A DNA stretch of 64,000 bases, from IMG/VR virus record IMGVR_UViG_3300037189_002988, positions 1 to 64,000 of that record, one strand, 5' to 3'. Positions 60,341 through 64,000 of this stretch are shown here, piece by piece (the first letter of the stretch is position 1; every line of letters starts with the position of its first letter). Under the pieces are notes generated by a model, which searched no databases, was not told the origin of the DNA, and was given only the letters and a program-made list of their open reading frames with translations. A program made the position numbers and the translations under genes. The DNA is from a virus.

Positions 60341-60763
60341 ATGGCAACGATAATTACACCAACAAGAGGTCAACCTATAGATGTTACTCTTATTTCATCT
60401 TTAGTAGAAGCAGTAAGTGATCTTCAAAACTCTCAAATAACATCTACTCAGTCTAGAGTAAATGGTGCTGCCGCAAATACTACGTCTTTAAAGTTTTATG
60501 CAGAGACTAAGTCTATTACAATTAATAACATTACAACCTCACCAGAAGAAAAATTCTTCTTTACATACCCAAATTTTACAACAACTCCTGTTGCCATAGC
60601 AGGACTAACCAATACTACAAGTACTGTTTCTGGCGGTAACGCTGCAACTGTAGTATTAACATCAGTAACAAAAGATCGTGTTGATGGAATTATCAAGTTT
60701 CCATCTGGATCAACAGGTTCTGTAACTATGCAGATTAACCTAATAGTACTCGGAATAGCCTAG
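60341..60763 (+). CDS. Minor tail/fibre protein
   Basis: P.RGQPID N-terminus, F...P C-terminal beta domain. Confidence 0.45.
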   Translation: MATIITPTRGQPIDVTLISSLVEAVSDLQNSQITSTQSRVNGAAANTTSLKFYAETKSITINNITTSPEEKFFFTYPNFTTTPVAIAGLTNTTSTVSGGNAATVVLTSVTKDRVDGIIKFPSGSTGSVTMQINLIVLGIA

Positions 60764-60784
60764 ATTCTGGTATAATTTTTCACT

Positions 60785-60994
60785 ATGAATATAAAAGAAG
60801 CCTTGACATGTAGGAAGTGTTCTGCTAAAATATTTGTGGATAGAGTATTTTTAACACACGATCATCTTGAATTATACTGTTTAAGATGCGGGAAAAGAGA
60901 GATGTATCACAACCCAGAAAAGTTTGATGAAAGAATAAGATGGATAATGTCACAGGAAAGAATCAGGGCAAAAAAGAGTGGAAATCCTCTGTAG
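60785..60994 (+). CDS. Zn-ribbon protein
   Basis: CRKC...CLRCG. Confidence 0.6.
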   Translation: MNIKEALTCRKCSAKIFVDRVFLTHDHLELYCLRCGKREMYHNPEKFDERIRWIMSQERIRAKKSGNPL

Positions 60995-61485
60995 CCCCTA
61001 GTTCTATTATATTTTTTTTAAATAATGAATTAGTCAGGGTAGTACATTCTAATAGAGCAAATAACATTGTTGTAATTTATAATTATATACATAATAAAGA
61101 TCAAACACTTTTATTGTCTGATTTTAAAAAACATAGAAAAAGAGCATACAACATAACAAATACACTTCAGATATTTAAAAGATCTAGAATGCAACTTGAA
61201 AGACTTATTAAAAGTGAAACAATACCATCCCCAACAGGTGCTACGATTGGTGGAACAAGGGCTTGGCAAAAAATGTCCTACTATTCTGAAGATGATTTAT
61301 TTAAAATAAGAGATGGCTTAGCAAGCATACATGCTGGTAGACCAAGGCGAGATGGAAGAGTTACTCCAAGAAAAGGAATTCCTACCGAAAAGGAGTTGCG
61401 TTCTTTAATTGGAGACGCTATAATGTTATATACGCAAAACAAAGATGGGGAATTCGTCCCTGTCTGGGCAGAAGAAACGTGGTGA
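60940..61485 (+). CDS. Putative DNA-binding protein (MerR-like HTH region)
   Basis: AY.I......RSR..L.R.I....IP.P...YYSEDD pattern; GRPR. Confidence 0.45.
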   Translation: MDNVTGKNQGKKEWKSSVAPSSIIFFLNNELVRVVHSNRANNIVVIYNYIHNKDQTLLLSDFKKHRKRAYNITNTLQIFKRSRMQLERLIKSETIPSPTGATIGGTRAWQKMSYYSEDDLFKIRDGLASIHAGRPRRDGRVTPRKGIPTEKELRSLIGDAIMLYTQNKDGEFVPVWAEETW

Positions 61486-61488
61486 ATT

Positions 61489-61689
61489 ATGTCTGACAAG
61501 ACAACAGTATCAGCAACACTTGGCTATACATTAAACCTAGGAAATTTTCAAAGTCTAAGAGTAGATCTTGGATGTACAGATTTTCTTCGTGAAGGTGAAA
61601 CAATGGACATGGCAATGCAACGTGTTTATAAATTTGTTGAAGAGCAAGTTATTGCAAAAGTAGATGAGGCTAAGAAAGAACTAGAGTAG
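61489..61689 (+). CDS. Hypothetical protein
   Basis: GYTLNLGNFQSLRVD; translationally coupled. Confidence 0.6.
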   Translation: MSDKTTVSATLGYTLNLGNFQSLRVDLGCTDFLREGETMDMAMQRVYKFVEEQVIAKVDEAKKELE

Positions 61690-62048
61690 TGCCTACAGCA
61701 AAAGAACCAAAAAAGAAAAAAGAACTTAAAGATATACTAGAAGAAAAACCAGTCTGGGATGTTGATGAAATATACAGACTGTTTATCAAACGTTTAAAAG
61801 AACGTAGTATATATAGCAAGTTTGGCATAGGCAAAGCAAAGTTTTTTATTAAAGAACTATATCAATCGTATGGTGTTGAAGAGTCTAAAGAATTAGTAGA
61901 GTATTACTTTAAGACATATCATAGCCCAGATTGGGATCATTTTGTAAGAAATTCTGAAACTTTTTATAAGGCATTGCAACTTAGAAAAGAAGATGATAGA
62001 ATTAGAGCGTTACTTCGCGAGCAAGCAAAAGAATGGTTGGATAAATAA
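61689..62048 (+). CDS. Hypothetical protein (possible helicase-associated)
   Basis: GTG start; coupled to the helicase gene. Confidence 0.5.
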   Translation: MPTAKEPKKKKELKDILEEKPVWDVDEIYRLFIKRLKERSIYSKFGIGKAKFFIKELYQSYGVEESKELVEYYFKTYHSPDWDHFVRNSETFYKALQLRKEDDRIRALLREQAKEWLDK

Positions 62049-63274
62049 TGTCTGCAGAATTAGAGGCAAAAGTACTTTCTGCAGTATTAAAAGATAAGCA
62101 ACTACACGTTTTACTTCAAGCAAACCCAGATACTCTTTTTAGAACACATAAAGATGTTTGGGACTTTATTAAACAATATAGTGAACAAAATTCAGTAGTT
62201 CCATCAATTCCATTAGTTATAGAAAAGTTTAGAGACTTTAGCCCAATAGGGGAAATAGGAAATACAAAGTATCATCTTGAAGAATTAAGAACTTCATATT
62301 TACAAGATAGTTTAAGCGGTGTCTTAATGTCTACTGCAAAGCAATTACAGGAAAATAAACCAAATGATGCTTTAAACAATTTGATTGGTAAGACTGCTGA
62401 GTTAAAAAAGATCACAGCAGATATTAGAGACGTAGATGCTACAGACATAGATGATGCTGTTGCACACTTTAAACATATTAAGGAGTTAAATGAAAAAGGT
62501 CATCACGGCATTAAAACAGGTCTTGCAGGTTTTGATAACTATCTTCCAGCGGGCATTACTCCTGGTCAGTTTGGCATTTTGCTTGCCTATCCTGCTATTG
62601 GTAAGTCTTGGCTCGCATTATTTATGGCTGTTCAAGCGTGGAAGAATGGAAGAAAGCCATTAGTTATTTCTCTTGAAATGACAGAGACTGAAGTTAGAAA
62701 TCGTGTATATACAATTATGGGTCAAGGAATGTTTTCACATAGAAAACTAACATCTGGAGAAGTTGACGAAGACTCTTTTAATCTTTGGGGAAAACAACAC
62801 CTTGAAAATATGCCATCATTTCATATTGTCTCAAACGATGGGGTAGGAGAATTATCTACTTCTGTATTAAGAGGAAAGATAGATCAATATGCACCTGATA
62901 TTGTGTTTGTAGATTATATTCAATTAATGCAATCAAACGTTCCAACAGATAATGAAGTTGTAAAAATTAAAAGTATTTCTAGAGAGTTAAAAGTTCTTGC
63001 AATATCTGCACAAGTTCCAATTGTTGCAATTGCATCAGCAACTCCAGACGATGCAACAGATATGAACAGTGTTCCATCACTTGGACAAGTTGCTTGGTCT
63101 AAACAATTAGCATATGATGCTGACTGGGTTCTTGCATTAGGTCGTGCACAAGGAACTACAATTCTTGAATGTGCATTTAGAAAGAACCGTCATGGGTTCT
63201 CTGGAGAGTTTATGGTTGATGTCGACTTTGATTCTGGTAGATTCTTGTATAAAGATTTTGAGGATAAAACATAA
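62048..63274 (+). CDS. dnaB: DnaB-like replicative helicase
   Basis: Walker A AYPAIGKS, SLEM, Walker B VFVDYIQL, ISRELK, YDAD, KNRHG. Confidence 0.9.
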   Translation: MSAELEAKVLSAVLKDKQLHVLLQANPDTLFRTHKDVWDFIKQYSEQNSVVPSIPLVIEKFRDFSPIGEIGNTKYHLEELRTSYLQDSLSGVLMSTAKQLQENKPNDALNNLIGKTAELKKITADIRDVDATDIDDAVAHFKHIKELNEKGHHGIKTGLAGFDNYLPAGITPGQFGILLAYPAIGKSWLALFMAVQAWKNGRKPLVISLEMTETEVRNRVYTIMGQGMFSHRKLTSGEVDEDSFNLWGKQHLENMPSFHIVSNDGVGELSTSVLRGKIDQYAPDIVFVDYIQLMQSNVPTDNEVVKIKSISRELKVLAISAQVPIVAIASATPDDATDMNSVPSLGQVAWSKQLAYDADWVLALGRAQGTTILECAFRKNRHGFSGEFMVDVDFDSGRFLYKDFEDKT

Positions 63275-63294
63275 TATAACGATATAATTGTTGT

Positions 63295-63606
63295 ATGTAT
63301 AGCCACAAACCTATCAAACGGTTTGGTCTTGAAGGCGAAATATACGATGACTCTTATATTACAAGACTCAAAGACCAATATATATCTATGATCACCTCAG
63401 TAATGAGAAATCATGGATATGTACCAAGATATGATATTGACACAGATTTTACTATTGGGTACAATGGTAGAACATTTGATTTTCAGTTATCAGTATATGG
63501 AGTGTATGTTGGAAAAGATAGGGCAAAGTGGATACTAGGAATAGACAAAGACAAACCAATAATGTCACATACTACTCAGAAGAACAAGTCAAGCGAAGTC
63601 TCATAG
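63295..63606 (+). CDS. Hypothetical protein
   Basis: Leaderless TATAAT-N6-ATG start. Confidence 0.6.
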   Translation: MYSHKPIKRFGLEGEIYDDSYITRLKDQYISMITSVMRNHGYVPRYDIDTDFTIGYNGRTFDFQLSVYGVYVGKDRAKWILGIDKDKPIMSHTTQKNKSSEVS

Positions 63607-64000
63607 CCGCTGGCATAGATATTAAATTTGAACTAGATAATGATTTAATGATATTTTGTCCTTTTCATAATAACTATAGATCTCCAGCAGGAGAAGTTTC
63701 AAAAGAAACAGGTATCTTCTGGTGCTTCTCATGCCAAGAAGCAAAAGAGTTAGTAGAAGTTATAATGCAGGCAACAAAAAGATCTTATTTTGAATCGATG
63801 AGATTGATAGACTCAAAGGCAGATAAAAGAAATCTAGTTGATCAACTAAATAGCACACTTGATAAAGTAACAACATTTGTTCAGTATGATTTAGAGATGA
63901 TTGAAAAGTTACATAAAAATGTTTTTGAAAATGAAAGGGCCATAGAATATTTTAAATCCAGGGGTATAACAAAAGATAGTGTAGAAAGATATAAGTTGGG
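63528..64000 (+). CDS. dnaG: DNA primase, N-terminal CHC2 Zn finger (3' truncated; absent from the ORF track)
   Basis: From GTG 63528: ...IFCPFHNNYRSPA...FWCFSC...YFKSRGI...YKLG, open to the window end. Confidence 0.85.
   Translation, partial: MDTRNRQRQTNNVTYYSEEQVKRSLIAAGIDIKFELDNDLMIFCPFHNNYRSPAGEVSKETGIFWCFSCQEAKELVEVIMQATKRSYFESMRLIDSKADKRNLVDQLNSTLDKVTTFVQYDLEMIEKLHKNVFENERAIEYFKSRGITKDSVERYKL

Noticed and set aside
1-64000. Stop-codon reassignment, tRNA genes, integrase, introns/inteins
   Set aside because: Long ORFs tile densely under the standard code, and no cloverleaf, recombinase or splicing motifs were recognised by eye.

Overview
The window is a 64 kb, AT-rich segment of a large tailed dsDNA phage with siphovirus-like morphogenesis genes. 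The host is most likely a low-GC actinobacterium, inferred from an actinobacterial-type Zn-finger gene, an actinobacterial-type SLT and leaderless TANNNT-N6/7-ATG starts. Left to right: (1) accessory enzymes (2OG-Fe(II) oxygenase, flavin-dependent halogenase); (2) a ~27 kb array of tail-fibre/appendage genes containing eight glycine-rich (polyglycine-II-like) tip domains, adapters and chaperones, interrupted by a carbamoyltransferase and a holin-like gene; (3) glycosyltransferase, lytic transglycosylase and class II ribonucleotide reductase; (4) portal, protease/scaffold, major capsid, neck and major tail genes, tail chaperones with a -1 frameshift, tape measure and tail-tip genes; (5) the start of a replication module (DnaB helicase, primase). 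The most interesting signals are a recurring plug/socket motif grammar suggesting a branched multi-adhesin tail apparatus, a Ser-Ala-Ser tripeptide spread through ~20 virion proteins but absent from the enzymes (candidate modification sequon), and a candidate ~80-nt small RNA. All calls come from motif reading by eye; no database searches were run.
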